A stretch of DNA of 62,522 bases, counting the filler, from Thermodesulfobacteriota bacterium (GTDB lineage Bacteria; DASVDK01): NCBI GenBank assembly GCA_036381125.1. It is 6 parts of 6 records of this genome, joined end to end, with 100 filler letters (N's around TTAATTAATTAA, not from the genome) between each part and the next. Parts side by side here need not be neighbours in the genome. Positions count along the whole stretch, not along the records: positions 38,216 to 44,794 come from DASVDK010000279.1; positions 44,895 to 47,926 come from DASVDK010000281.1; positions 48,027 to 56,370 come from DASVDK010000282.1; 3 more parts are not named here. One strand, written 5' to 3'. Positions 39,675 to 49,277 of the stretch are shown here, one piece after another. Both the position numbers and the translations under genes were made by a program. The notes under the pieces are model-generated. The model made no database searches and was not told where the DNA came from. It saw only the letters and a list, made by a program, of their open reading frames with translations. Every line of letters begins with the position of its first letter. Positions within the stretch are counted from its first letter, which is position 1.

Positions 39675-41201
39675 ATGTCGATCGTCGACGCGCTCGCCCA
39701 GGGGGCCCAGGTCGCGCTGGCGCCGATCAACCTGTTCTACTGTCTTCTCGGCGTCACGCTCGGCAACATCGTGGGGATCCTTCCGGGGATCGGACCCGCC
39801 ACCGGCATCGCCCTGCTCATCCCGGTCACGATGTCCATGCCGGCGGAGTCGGCCATCATCATGCTCGCCGGGATCTACTACGGATCCAAGTACGGCGGCG
39901 CCATCACCTCGATCCTGCTCCGGACGCCCGGCGAAAGCTCTTCCGTGATGACCTCCGTCGACGGCTACGAGCTTGCGCGGCGGGGCAGGGCGGGCCCGGC
40001 GCTCGGCATGGCGGCCTTCGCCTCGTTCATCGCGGGGACCGCGAGCGTCGTGCTCCTCATGCTCCTGGCGCCGCGTCTGGCGGAGGTCGCCCTGGCCTTC
40101 GGGCCGGCGGAGTTCTTCGCCCTCATGATGCTCGGCCTCGCGGCGACGGCGTCGCTGTCGGGCGGCAGCCTCGCCAGGGGGGTCCTCGCGACCCTCGTCG
40201 GGCTCGCCCTCTCGACGGTCGGCCTCGACATCATCACCGGGCAGCCGCGCTACCCGCTCGGCCGGTTCGAGCTGCTCGAGGGAATCGACTTCCTCGTCGT
40301 GGCGCTCGGCCTCTTCGGAATCCCCGAGGTCCTCGACACGATCCGGTGCGGCGCCATCGAGCCGGTGCGGACGAAGTACGGGCGCCTCGCCGGCCTCCTG
40401 CCCGCGCGCGACGACTGGCGGCGGAGCGCCCTGCCGCTCGGACGCTCGACGCTGCTCGGTTTCGCGGTCGGCGTCCTGCCGGGCGTCGGCTCCATCATTG
40501 CCTCGTTCCTCGCGTACGCGACCGAGCGGGCCCTCGCCCGCGAGCCGGGGCGCTTCGGCAACGGTGCGATCGAGGCGGTTGCCGCGGCGGAGTCGGCCGA
40601 CAACGCGGCGGTGAACGGCTCGCTCGTGCCGCTGCTCACCCTCGGCATCCCCGGTTCCGCGTCGACGGCCATCCTGACCGGTGCGCTCCTCATGTTCGGC
40701 CTCACGCCGGGGCCGCTCCTCTTCGAGACCAACCCCGACTTCGTGTGGGGCCTGATCGCGAGCCTCTACATCGGCAACGTGCTGCTCCTGCTCCTCAACA
40801 TCCCGCTGATCGGCCTCTTCGTGCAGATCACCCGGCTGCCGTTCGCCCTGATCGCCGTCCTCGTCTTCGTGCTGTCGGCCGTCGGCGCGTTCGCCGTGCA
40901 CAACAACATCTTCCACGTCTGGCTCCTGGTGATCTTCGGTGCGCTGGGCTACGCGATGCGCTGGGCCGGGCTTCCGCCGGCGCCCCTGATCCTCGCCCTC
41001 GTGCTCGGCAACGCGCTCGAGCAGAACTTCCGCCGCGCGCTCGCCATCACCGACGGCGACTACTCGGTCTTCGTCTCGCGGCCGCTGCCGGCCGCGCTCC
41101 TCCTCCTCGCGGTGCTCTTCGCGATCGGTCCGGCGATCCTGCAGCGGCATCGCGGGCGGGGCGAGGCGCCGGAGGCCGTGCCGGGCGAGGCCGGGGCATG
41201 A
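39675..41201 (+). CDS. TctA large permease subunit
   Basis: 'GILPGIG', 'YGGAITSIL..TPG', 'ESADNA', 'LTLGIPGS'. Confidence 0.95.
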   Translation: MSIVDALAQGAQVALAPINLFYCLLGVTLGNIVGILPGIGPATGIALLIPVTMSMPAESAIIMLAGIYYGSKYGGAITSILLRTPGESSSVMTSVDGYELARRGRAGPALGMAAFASFIAGTASVVLLMLLAPRLAEVALAFGPAEFFALMMLGLAATASLSGGSLARGVLATLVGLALSTVGLDIITGQPRYPLGRFELLEGIDFLVVALGLFGIPEVLDTIRCGAIEPVRTKYGRLAGLLPARDDWRRSALPLGRSTLLGFAVGVLPGVGSIIASFLAYATERALAREPGRFGNGAIEAVAAAESADNAAVNGSLVPLLTLGIPGSASTAILTGALLMFGLTPGPLLFETNPDFVWGLIASLYIGNVLLLLLNIPLIGLFVQITRLPFALIAVLVFVLSAVGAFAVHNNIFHVWLLVIFGALGYAMRWAGLPPAPLILALVLGNALEQNFRRALAITDGDYSVFVSRPLPAALLLLAVLFAIGPAILQRHRGRGEAPEAVPGEAGA

Positions 41202-43057
41202 CCGAGTCCCGCTGGCTCTCCGGCAACGAGGCGGTCGCGCGCGGGCTCCTCGACGCCGGCGCGCGGGTCGTCGCCGGGTACCCGGGAGGCCCGAGCGGCG
41301 AGGTGGTCGAGGAGGTCGCCCGGCTGGCCCTGGCCGGGGCGGCGGGCGAGGCGCCGCGCGTCGAGTGGTCGATGAACGAGCGCGTTGCCCTCGACGTCGC
41401 GGCCGGCGCCGCGATGGCGGGCGTGCGCGCGGCCGCGGTGATGAAGCACTTCGGCCTCAACGTTGCGGCCGACGTGCTCCACTCGGTCAACGTGATGGGC
41501 GTCCCGCGGCTCGTGCTGATCGTCGGCGACGACCCGCAGGGGCACAGCTCGCACAACGAGCAGGACAGCCGACGGTACGCCGCCTTCGCGCAGGTCCCCT
41601 GCCTCGAGCCGGCGACCCCCGAGGACGCCTACCGTGCAGTCGGGCTCGCGTTCCACCTGTCCGAGACGCTCGCGATCCCGGTCGTCGTGCGGCTGGTGAC
41701 CTCCGTGTCGTACGCCGAGGGGCCGGCGCGGCTGCCGGGACCGGGTGAGACCTCCCTCCCGCCGGCGGGACCGCTCTGGACCGAGCACGGGTTCCACGGC
41801 CGGCCGGTCGTCGGCAACCACGTTCGCCTGTACCGGAAGACGGCCGACGCCGTCCGGGCGCTCGCGGCGCTCGGCGTGGCCCGGCGCTACGGGCCGGCGA
41901 CCGGGGCGCTGGGAGTCGTCGCCTGCGGCGTCGGCCGGCCGATCGCGCTCGCCGCGCTGGCCGACGAGGGGTACCTGGACGCCGTTCCGGTCCTCGAGCC
42001 GGTCACGAGCTTCCCGCTGCCGGAGGAGGCCTGCCTCGCGTTCCTCCGCTCGGTCGGATCGGTCCTGGTCGTGGAGGAGACCGACCCGGTCGTCGAGGAC
42101 GCGCTGCGGGAGCTGGCCCATCGGCACGGCGTCGCGACCCCCGTGCGCGGCAAGCGGGACGGCGCCATGCCGGTTGCCGGCGAGCTGGACGGCGCGGCCG
42201 TCGCGGCGGCCCTCCGGACGCTCCTCGCCCCGGACGGCGCGCCCGCGCCGCAGCGCCCCCGGCCGCCGGAGGCGCTGGCCGGCGCCCTCGTCGACCGCAG
42301 GTCGGTCACCGCGCCCGGGCACGCCCATCGGCTCTTCTTCTTCGCGCTCAGACAGGCGATGGCGAAGGCGGAGGCCGAGGGGCGGCGCGTCGTCGTCATG
42401 GGGGACGTCGGCGAGGCGCAGAAGAACGCCGGCCCGGTGATGTTCCTGCACGGGGCGATGGGCTCCGGGATCGGCTCGGCGCACGGCGCCGCCCTCGCCG
42501 ACCCGGCCGCGATCCTCGTCGGCCTCTCGGGCGACGCCACGCTCTACTCCTTTGCCCTCCAGGGCGTCATGAACGTCCTCTACAACCACGGAAGCGCCGT
42601 CCTGCTCGTCGCGGACAACCGGAGCATGGAGTCGAGCGGCGTCGACGTGACCCCGACGAGCGGCGCGAACCTCACCGGCGCCGCGCCCGCGTGGGACCCG
42701 GCGCCGACCCTCGCCGCGCTCGGCGCCAGGGTGTGGGAGGTCTCGTCGACCGATCTCGCGGCCGCCGCGGACGCGCTCGAGGCAGCGCTCTTCGGGACCC
42801 CCTCGGGGCTTCGCGTCGTCGTGGCGCGCGGCGAGGCCCTTCCGGCGCGCCTCGCGCAGCTGCGCGGGGCGGAGCCGCTCGCGGTCGACGCGCGGCGGTG
42901 CAGCGGCTGCCGCCTCTGCGTCGACCGGTTCGGCTGCCCGGCGATCCTCTGGACGGGCGAGCGCGCCGCCATCGCGCCGGCGCTCTGCGTCGGCTGCGGC
43001 GACTGCCGGCCGGTCTGCCCGGACGACGCCTTCGTGACCGCCGGGGTGCGGGCGTGA
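41198..43057 (+). CDS. Indolepyruvate:ferredoxin oxidoreductase alpha-like ThDP protein (divergent)
   Basis: 'GNEAVARG', 'GYPG.PS.E', 'NERVA', 'MKH.GLNVAAD', 'SS.NEQDSR', ThDP motif 'GDAT...DN', C-terminal two-cluster ferredoxin. Confidence 0.85.
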   Translation: MTESRWLSGNEAVARGLLDAGARVVAGYPGGPSGEVVEEVARLALAGAAGEAPRVEWSMNERVALDVAAGAAMAGVRAAAVMKHFGLNVAADVLHSVNVMGVPRLVLIVGDDPQGHSSHNEQDSRRYAAFAQVPCLEPATPEDAYRAVGLAFHLSETLAIPVVVRLVTSVSYAEGPARLPGPGETSLPPAGPLWTEHGFHGRPVVGNHVRLYRKTADAVRALAALGVARRYGPATGALGVVACGVGRPIALAALADEGYLDAVPVLEPVTSFPLPEEACLAFLRSVGSVLVVEETDPVVEDALRELAHRHGVATPVRGKRDGAMPVAGELDGAAVAAALRTLLAPDGAPAPQRPRPPEALAGALVDRRSVTAPGHAHRLFFFALRQAMAKAEAEGRRVVVMGDVGEAQKNAGPVMFLHGAMGSGIGSAHGAALADPAAILVGLSGDATLYSFALQGVMNVLYNHGSAVLLVADNRSMESSGVDVTPTSGANLTGAAPAWDPAPTLAALGARVWEVSSTDLAAAADALEAALFGTPSGLRVVVARGEALPARLAQLRGAEPLAVDARRCSGCRLCVDRFGCPAILWTGERAAIAPALCVGCGDCRPVCPDDAFVTAGVRA

Positions 43058-43662
43058 CGCGGCCGGTGCGGCGGATCGTCTTCGCGTCGCTCGCCGGGCA
43101 GCCGGCCGCGGCGCTCGCGCGGGTGCTCGCCCGTGCGGCCGCCGAGGCCGGTCTCGCGCCGGCGCTCTGGGACCCGCACGCCGTCCGGCCTGGGGGGGTC
43201 GAGACCCACCTCGATCTCGACGCCCGCTTCGCGAGCCCGAGGGTGGCGCCCGGGAGGTGCGACCTGGTGGTCGGGCTCGAGGTCCTCGAGGGGCTCCGCC
43301 AGGCGGCTCGCTTCTACCGCCCGGGGATCCACCTCGGCCTGCTCGACGTCGTCGTCCCGCCGGTCGCCGTCGCCCACGGGGGCAAGCGGTACCCGGACGC
43401 CGACGCGCTCGCGCGCGAGCTGGCGGGGCAGGTCGCCGTCCACCGCCTCCCCGGGCCGGGCCGTGCCGGCGCGCCGGCCGAGCCGGTCCACCTCGCGTCG
43501 GTGCTCGGGCTCGTGGCCGGCCTCGCCGGGAGCCTCGACCACGAGGCGGTCCTCGGCGCCGCGCGCGCCGCCTTCCCCGACTGGCCGGAGGCCGACCTCG
43601 CCGCCGGCTACGCGGTCGGCCGGCGGGTCGCGGAGGGGGCTCGTACGGGGCCTACAAGGTAG
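43054..43662 (+). CDS. IorB / POR-gamma-like subunit (divergent)
   Basis: 'GGVETHL...SPRV..G.CDLVVGLE.LE.LR'; GTGA overlap with the alpha subunit. Confidence 0.7.
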   Translation: MTRPVRRIVFASLAGQPAAALARVLARAAAEAGLAPALWDPHAVRPGGVETHLDLDARFASPRVAPGRCDLVVGLEVLEGLRQAARFYRPGIHLGLLDVVVPPVAVAHGGKRYPDADALARELAGQVAVHRLPGPGRAGAPAEPVHLASVLGLVAGLAGSLDHEAVLGAARAAFPDWPEADLAAGYAVGRRVAEGARTGPTR

Positions 43663-43741
43663 GCTAGGCTGACTGTCGCGACCATCGTCTCGCCGGCGCC
43701 GCAGCCCGGCGCATCTGCCGCGGACGGGAAACGGAGGGTCG

Positions 43742-44467
43742 ATGACCAGGCCGCTGCTCGTGCTCGTTCCTGGCCTGCTGTGCGACCGGGACCTCTGGCG
43801 CGACCAGATCCCGGCGCTGTCCTCCCTGGCGGAGGTCCAGGTCGCCGACCTCCGGCCCTTCGACTCGATCGCGGACATGGCCCGGTCGATCCTCGACGCC
43901 GCGCCGGGGGCCTTCGCGCTGGCCGGCCTGTCGATGGGGGGCTACGTGGCCCTCGAGGTGATGCGGCGCGCGCCCGGGCGGGTGACGCGGCTCGCGCTCC
44001 TCAACACGACGAGCCGCGCCGACACCGAGGCGCAGACCGCACGGAGGCGGCATCTCATGGCGCTCGCGGCCGCCGGCCGTTTCGGCGAGGTGATCGACGC
44101 CCTCGAGGGCGTTTTCCTCGGCGACCGCGCCCGTCGGGACCGGACGCTCGTCTCGCGCGTGCGGGAGATGGCGAGGCGCGTCGGTCCCGCGGCCTTCCTC
44201 CGGCAGCAGCGGGCGGTCATCGGCCGGCGTGACAGCGCCGACACCCTCCGGACGATCGCCTGCCCGACCCTCGTCGTCGCCGCGGCCGACGACGTCCTCA
44301 TCCCCCCGGCCCTCCAGCAGGAGATGCACCGCCTCGTGCCCGGTTCGACGCTCCGGGTGATCGAGGACTGCGGGCATCTGTCGTCGATGGAGCGGCCCGA
44401 CGAGGTGACGCAGGCGCTCGCGTCCTGGCTCGGCGGGCAGGCGGGAGGCGGCGCAGGTCACGTCTGA
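43742..44467 (+). CDS. Alpha/beta fold hydrolase
   Basis: 'PGLLCD', 'GLSMGG' nucleophile elbow, 'CGHLS..ERP'. Confidence 0.92.
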   Translation: MTRPLLVLVPGLLCDRDLWRDQIPALSSLAEVQVADLRPFDSIADMARSILDAAPGAFALAGLSMGGYVALEVMRRAPGRVTRLALLNTTSRADTEAQTARRRHLMALAAAGRFGEVIDALEGVFLGDRARRDRTLVSRVREMARRVGPAAFLRQQRAVIGRRDSADTLRTIACPTLVVAAADDVLIPPALQQEMHRLVPGSTLRVIEDCGHLSSMERPDEVTQALASWLGGQAGGGAGHV

Positions 44468-44585
44468 CACTCCCGGCTCGTCGGCGCTATGACCGGGCTC
44501 GAGTCGTTGCCGGTGCGCCCGGGCGCCCCGGCCGCAACGCACCGCCCCTCGCCTCGCTCGACGCCGGCTCCTCGCGTCGCCCATC

Positions 44586-44794
44586 CATCGATCCCCGCGT
44601 GCGCGGGGAAGATGCGGCAATACCGCCCGCGCCAACCGCGGCAATGGGTCGATCCCCGCGCGCACGGGGAAGACTACGGGCTCAACCCGTCGGACGAGCA
44701 GCGCGGCGGTCGATCCCCGCGCGCACGGGGAAGACGTTTATCCGGTCGAGCATCCGCAGATTGCCGCAGGTCGATCCCCGCGCGCACGGGGAAG
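44586..44794 (-). CRISPR. CRISPR array, type I-E-like repeat, trailer end; truncated by contig end
   Basis: 28-nt repeat GGTCGATCCCCGCGCGCACGGGGAAGAC at 44647, 44708 and 44769 (cut), degenerate copy at 44586; 61-nt period; three unique 33-nt spacers. Confidence 0.95.
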
Positions 44795-44894
44795 NNNNNN
44801 NNNNNNNNNNNNNNNNNNNNNNNNNNNNNNNNNNNNNNTTAATTAATTAANNNNNNNNNNNNNNNNNNNNNNNNNNNNNNNNNNNNNNNNNNNN
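44795..44894. other. Artificial contig linker
   Basis: N run with TTAATTAATTAA. Confidence 0.99.
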
Positions 44895-44896
44895 CG

Positions 44897-45901
44897 CGCG
44901 ACGCGCTCTACCGTGCCCAGGGCCACGACGCGTACCGCGAGCGGGAGGACGGGCCGGCGCCGGCGCACCTCCGGTCGGCGGCCTACCGGAGCCTGGTCGC
45001 GGCCGAGCGGGCCGCCGAGCGGATCCTCGCCGCGCACCGGCCGGGGCCCTTTCGCGCGTACCCGTGGGGCGGCGTGGTGCGGGGCGCGTGCACCGTGGAG
45101 ATCGGCGACCTCGACGCCGACGGGGCCGACGAGATCGCCCTCGACGCGCCACCCGCGGCGATCCTCGTCACGCCGGCCGACGGCGGCGGCGTCGCCGAAC
45201 TCGACCTGCGCGAGCGCGCCTTCAACCTGCTCGACACCGGGCGGCCGGCCTTCGTCGACCACGTCCTCGGCCCCGACGCCGACCTCGCGCGCTTCGCCGC
45301 CGGCGCCTGCCGGGAGATGGGCCGCTTCTTCCGGGCGCCGTACGAGTGGACACTCCTCGAGGCCCCGCCGGTCGCCGAGGGGGAGATCCCGACCGAGCCG
45401 GAGCCCGACCCGCCCCGCATCCGGCTCGCCCGCCGCGCGCCGGTCACGGGCGACGACGGCGTCGCCGTGCCGGTCGTCGTGGCCAAGACGCTGCGGTACG
45501 AGGGGGACCGGGCCGCGCTGTCGGCGAGCTACCTGGTGCAGAACGACGGCGAGCGCCGGCTCGAGACCACCTTCGCCGTGGAGGCGAGCGTGAACCTCCT
45601 CGCGCCGCGCGCGGCCGACCGCTACATCCGCGTCGACGGCGAGGCGCTCCCCCCCGAGTCGCGCCACCTCGGGGCCGTCGGCGCCTCGCCGGCGGTCCGG
45701 AGAGTCGAGGTGGTGGACGAGTACCTGGGGCTCACCGTCGGGCTCGAGACGGACGAGCCGGGGGAGCTGTGGCGCTGCCCGATCGGCTCGCCGGAGCCGG
45801 GAGCAGGCGACTACCGCGGCACCGTGCTTCTGCTACGATGGCGCCTCGCGCTCGGGCCGGGTGAGCGGTTCCGGGTGAAGCTGTCCCTGTCGGCACGGTG
45901 A
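44897..45901 (+). CDS. GH57 4-alpha-glucanotransferase-like protein, C-terminal domains (5'-truncated)
   Basis: 'LYRAQGHDAY...HLRSAAYRSLVAAE', 'DLDADGADEI', 'GGGVAELD....FNLLDT', 'FVDH' resemble the DUF1925/DUF1926 regions. Confidence 0.7.
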   Translation, partial: RDALYRAQGHDAYREREDGPAPAHLRSAAYRSLVAAERAAERILAAHRPGPFRAYPWGGVVRGACTVEIGDLDADGADEIALDAPPAAILVTPADGGGVAELDLRERAFNLLDTGRPAFVDHVLGPDADLARFAAGACREMGRFFRAPYEWTLLEAPPVAEGEIPTEPEPDPPRIRLARRAPVTGDDGVAVPVVVAKTLRYEGDRAALSASYLVQNDGERRLETTFAVEASVNLLAPRAADRYIRVDGEALPPESRHLGAVGASPAVRRVEVVDEYLGLTVGLETDEPGELWRCPIGSPEPGAGDYRGTVLLLRWRLALGPGERFRVKLSLSAR

Positions 45902-45931
45902 TTCGACGGGATCGTCGTCAGGAGGCTGACC

Positions 45932-46159
45932 ATGGAGATCGAGGAGCGGATCAGCGTCGACCCTGCAATCTGCGGTGGGAAGCCGACGATTCGTGGGACC
46001 CGGATCATGGTCAGGAACATCCTGGGCATGATCGCCGGCGGATATTCGATCGAGCGAGTCCTCGAGGCATACCCGGAGCTGGCTCGGGAAGATGTGAGCG
46101 CGGTCTTGAGCTACGCGAGCCACGTCGTCGACGAGGAGAAGGTCATCCCGCGTGGGTAA
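45932..46159 (+). CDS. DUF433 family antitoxin
   Basis: 'RISVDPAICGGKPTIRGTRI.V...YPEL..EDV'; RBS AGGAGG. Confidence 0.93.
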   Translation: MEIEERISVDPAICGGKPTIRGTRIMVRNILGMIAGGYSIERVLEAYPELAREDVSAVLSYASHVVDEEKVIPRG

Positions 46160-46548
46160 CCCTCTCGCCGTCCTCTTGGACCAGAACGTCCCGCGCCAGG
46201 TCGCGCGATGGCTATCCGGCCTGAGGCCCTCGTGGATGGTCCGACACGTCGCCGACGTTGGGCTCGAGGGCAAGAGCGATCGCGAGATCTCGAGATCTTC
46301 GAGTGGGCGCAGGAACGGGAGACGATGTCGTTACCTTCGATGAAGACTTCGCCGACCAACGGTCGTTCCCGGTCGGACAGCACCACGGCATCATACGGCT
46401 TCGGGTCTGGCCGACGACCGTCGAGGAGATCCAGAGCGGCCTGGCCCGGTTGCTGGCCGACGTTCAAGATCAGGACCTGCGGAGAGCGCTCGTGATCATC
46501 GACCGCGTGCGCATACGTGTACGTTCGGGGAGACCGGGCGGACGATGA
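46152..46548 (+). pseudogene. DUF5615/PIN-like toxin with two frameshifts
   Basis: 'LLDQNVP...GL.GKSDREI', 'IFEWAQ' and 'VTFDEDF..GIIRLR' lie in three different frames; 8-bp duplication CGAGATCT at 46283-46298. Confidence 0.85.
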
Positions 46549-47926
46549 AGCGAGCCTACGCGACGGTTCTGGCGGGCATCCTCGGGATCGCCGGCTGCTC
46601 GACGCCGGCCGAGAAGGCCGATCAGGCGCTGATCCGCAACCGGCGCGACCCGGGGGTCGCCGCGGCCGGGGTGCGGGTGGCCGGGCCCGGCGTCGCGGCG
46701 ACATCCGACGCCGCCGCGACCGCGGCGGGCGGCAAGGTGGTGGACGGTCAGTGGGCGCCGGCCGCGCCGGTGCAGGTGGCGCAGGCCTCCGCGCCGGCCG
46801 GTACGCGGGGCGAGGCCGCTGCGCCGGCCGAGCCGCAGGACCGGGGCGCGGCGTCGCCGGCGCCGGCAGCCGCCCCGTCGCCCGGAGGTCCCGCGCGCGA
46901 GGGGATCGTCGTGTCGGTCCGGGGCGAGACGGTGTACGTGGACCTCGGCGCGGGCGACGGGATCGCGGTCGGCCAGCGCCTTCGCGTGGTGCGCGCCGGC
47001 GAGCCGCTGGTCCACCCGGTGACCGGCGAGACGCTCGGCGCGGTCGACGACGAGGTGGCCCTCCTCGAGGTCACCGCGGTGGCCGACAGGTTCTCGACGA
47101 CGAAGGTCGTCCGCCTGAACGAGGGGACGACGCTCGAGCCGCGCGATCGGGTCGTGGCCGCGGCGGCGCCCGCCTCGCCGGTACCGGCTGCCTCGGCGCC
47201 GCAGGCGGCGCCCGCGCCGAGCGCGCCCGGCTCCCCCGCGCCCGGGCCCGTCGCCTCGGCCGGCTACATGCTCGACACGAAGCGGTCGATCACGAGCCAG
47301 GAGCTCCCCTTCGAGATCCGGGACCTGGCCGTCGCCGACCTCGACGGCGACGGTCGCGTCGAGGTGGTCACGCTCGCCGAGCACCGGATGATCATCTACC
47401 GCTGGACGGGGCGGGCCCTGGAGCTGCTCTTCGAGGAGGAGGCGCGCAACCGGCGCAGCTACATCACCGTCGACGCGGCCGACCTCGACGGCGACGGGGC
47501 CGCCGAGCTGCTCGTCAACGACGCCTACGAGCCGACCCGCGTGCGCGCCTCGATCCTCAACCTCAAGGGGCGCGAGTTCGTGCGGCACGACCTGCCGCGC
47601 GACCGCTACTTCCGCATCGTCGGCGCCGAGATCGGCCAGCCGACCCTCGTCGGCCAGCGCCGCGGCGACGGGGAGACCCCCTTCGTCGGCGACGTCCACC
47701 GGTACGAGTGGCGCGGCGGCAAGGCCAGGCAGCGGGAGGCCGTCTGGCTGCCTGTTCACACGGCCATCTTCGACTTCCAGTACTACCGGACGCCGGAGGG
47801 CGGCGTCGAGCTGGCCGTCCTCGGCCCGTCAGGGAACCTCCGTCTCTACAAGGGACGGGAAGAGGTCTGGTCCAGCCAGCAGGAGTTTGATGGTACAAAA
47901 CTCCGTGTTCAGGAAGAGAATCCCAG
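46545..47926 (+). CDS. Lipoprotein with FlgT-C-like domain and FG-GAP/VCBS repeats (3'-truncated)
   Basis: Lipobox 'IAGC'; 'VYVDLG..DGI..G......HPVTGETLG'; 'ADLDGDG' repeats. Confidence 0.75.
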
Positions 47927-48026
47927 NNNNNNNNNNNNNNNNNNNNNNNNNNNNNNNNNNNNNNNNNNNNTTAATTAATTAANNNNNNNNNNNNNNNNNN
48001 NNNNNNNNNNNNNNNNNNNNNNNNNN
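47927..48026. other. Artificial contig linker
   Basis: N run with TTAATTAATTAA. Confidence 0.99.
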
Positions 48027-48932
48027 GTAGATCGAGTACGGCCCGACCGGCCCGAACTGCTTCTCGTACGCCTCGACCGACGCCTTGGCCGTCGGGACGT
48101 TCTTGATGTCCGGCGAGAAGGTGAGCCAGCTCCCCTCGGCCGCCTCCTTGCCGGCGATCTTCACGAACTCGGGGTCGATCGTGCCGTCGCCGCTCATGAA
48201 GCGCGCCTTGATCCCGAGGTCCTTCGCCTGCTTGGCGAGGAGCCCGGCCTCCGGGTAGATCCCGCCGAAGTAGACGACCTCGGGGTTCTGCGCCTTCACG
48301 GAGGTCAGGGCCGCCGTGAAGTCCTTGTCGCCCTGGGTGATGCCGCCGTAGAAGACCGGCTCGATCTTGTGGTTCTTCTCGAGCGCGTCGCGGAAGGCGT
48401 CGGCCAGGCCCTGGCCGTAGGTCGTCTTGTCGTGCAGGACGGCGACCCGCTTGATCCCCTTGTCGGAGACGAACTTCGCCGCCACGACGCCCTGCTGGTC
48501 GTCCCGCCCGCAGACGCGGAAGACGTTCCACATGCCGCGGTCGGTGAAGGTGGGGTTCGTCGAGGCCGGGGTGATCTGAACGAGGTTGCCTTCCAGGTAG
48601 ACGGTCGAGGCGGGGATGGAGCAGGACGAGTTGAAGTGCCCGACGACCCCGATGACCCCCTCGTTCACGAACTTGTTCGCGACCGCGACGGCCTGCTTCG
48701 GGTCGTGCTGGTCGTCGCCGACGACGATCTCCACCTTGTGTTCGGGGTTCGCCGCCGTCCACTCCTGGATGGCCAGCTTCACGCCGTTCTGGATGTCCTG
48801 GCCCATCTTCCCCTGGTCGCCGGTCATCGGGCCGGCGACGCCGATCTTGTACGTGGCGGCCGTGGCATCGGTCGCGAAGCCGGCGGCGGCTACGACCAGC
48901 GCTGCCGCCAGCGCGAACACCTGCTTCTTCAT
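48027..48932 (-). CDS. Branched-chain amino acid ABC transporter substrate-binding protein (LivK/LivJ-like), 3'-truncated
   Basis: Signal peptide, 'IGVAGPMTG', 'DD..DPKQAV.VANK', 'GHFNSS.SIPAS', 'FRVCGRDDQQG', 'HDKTTYGQGLA'. Confidence 0.93.
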
Positions 48933-49212
48933 CAGGAACCTCCTCTGAGGCCGGGCCGACAGCCCGCCCCGAGCCCTGGGGATCGCTTCAGCCCACCGGC
49001 GCGGCCGGCCACGCTGCCCGTACCGGCCCACGGGACCCGACTCGCGCGCCGGCCCGATCGTCCCGGGACGTCCGGCGCCTCGCCGGTCTGCCGTGAGATC
49101 CGTCTGACGGGACGCGCGCGCAGGCCATTCGGCCGCGCCCGCGCACGCCGACCCGCTCGAGCCGACCGTGCGTCGGCGCAGCGGGCCGCAGCCGCAAGAC
49201 ACTGTTTTGCCT

Positions 49213-49241
49213 CTTATAACTCCGGGTTACGCGGCTGTCAA
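49213..49241 (-). promoter_or_regulatory. Sigma70 promoter upstream of the livK-like gene
   Basis: TTGACA-N17-TATAAG on the minus strand. Confidence 0.75.
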
Positions 49242-49277
49242 ACCGGCCGGCCTGCCGCTACGATACCGCCTCGCGGG

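Noticed and set aside
44675-44707. CRISPR spacer 2 shares TACGGGCTCAAC with the RHS gene near 24673
   Set aside because: Only 12 nt match before divergence; expected by chance in GC-rich DNA
44736-44768. CRISPR spacer 3 partly resembles the tape measure gene near 13565-13580
   Set aside because: Short, mismatched similarity over less than half the spacer; not a protospacer
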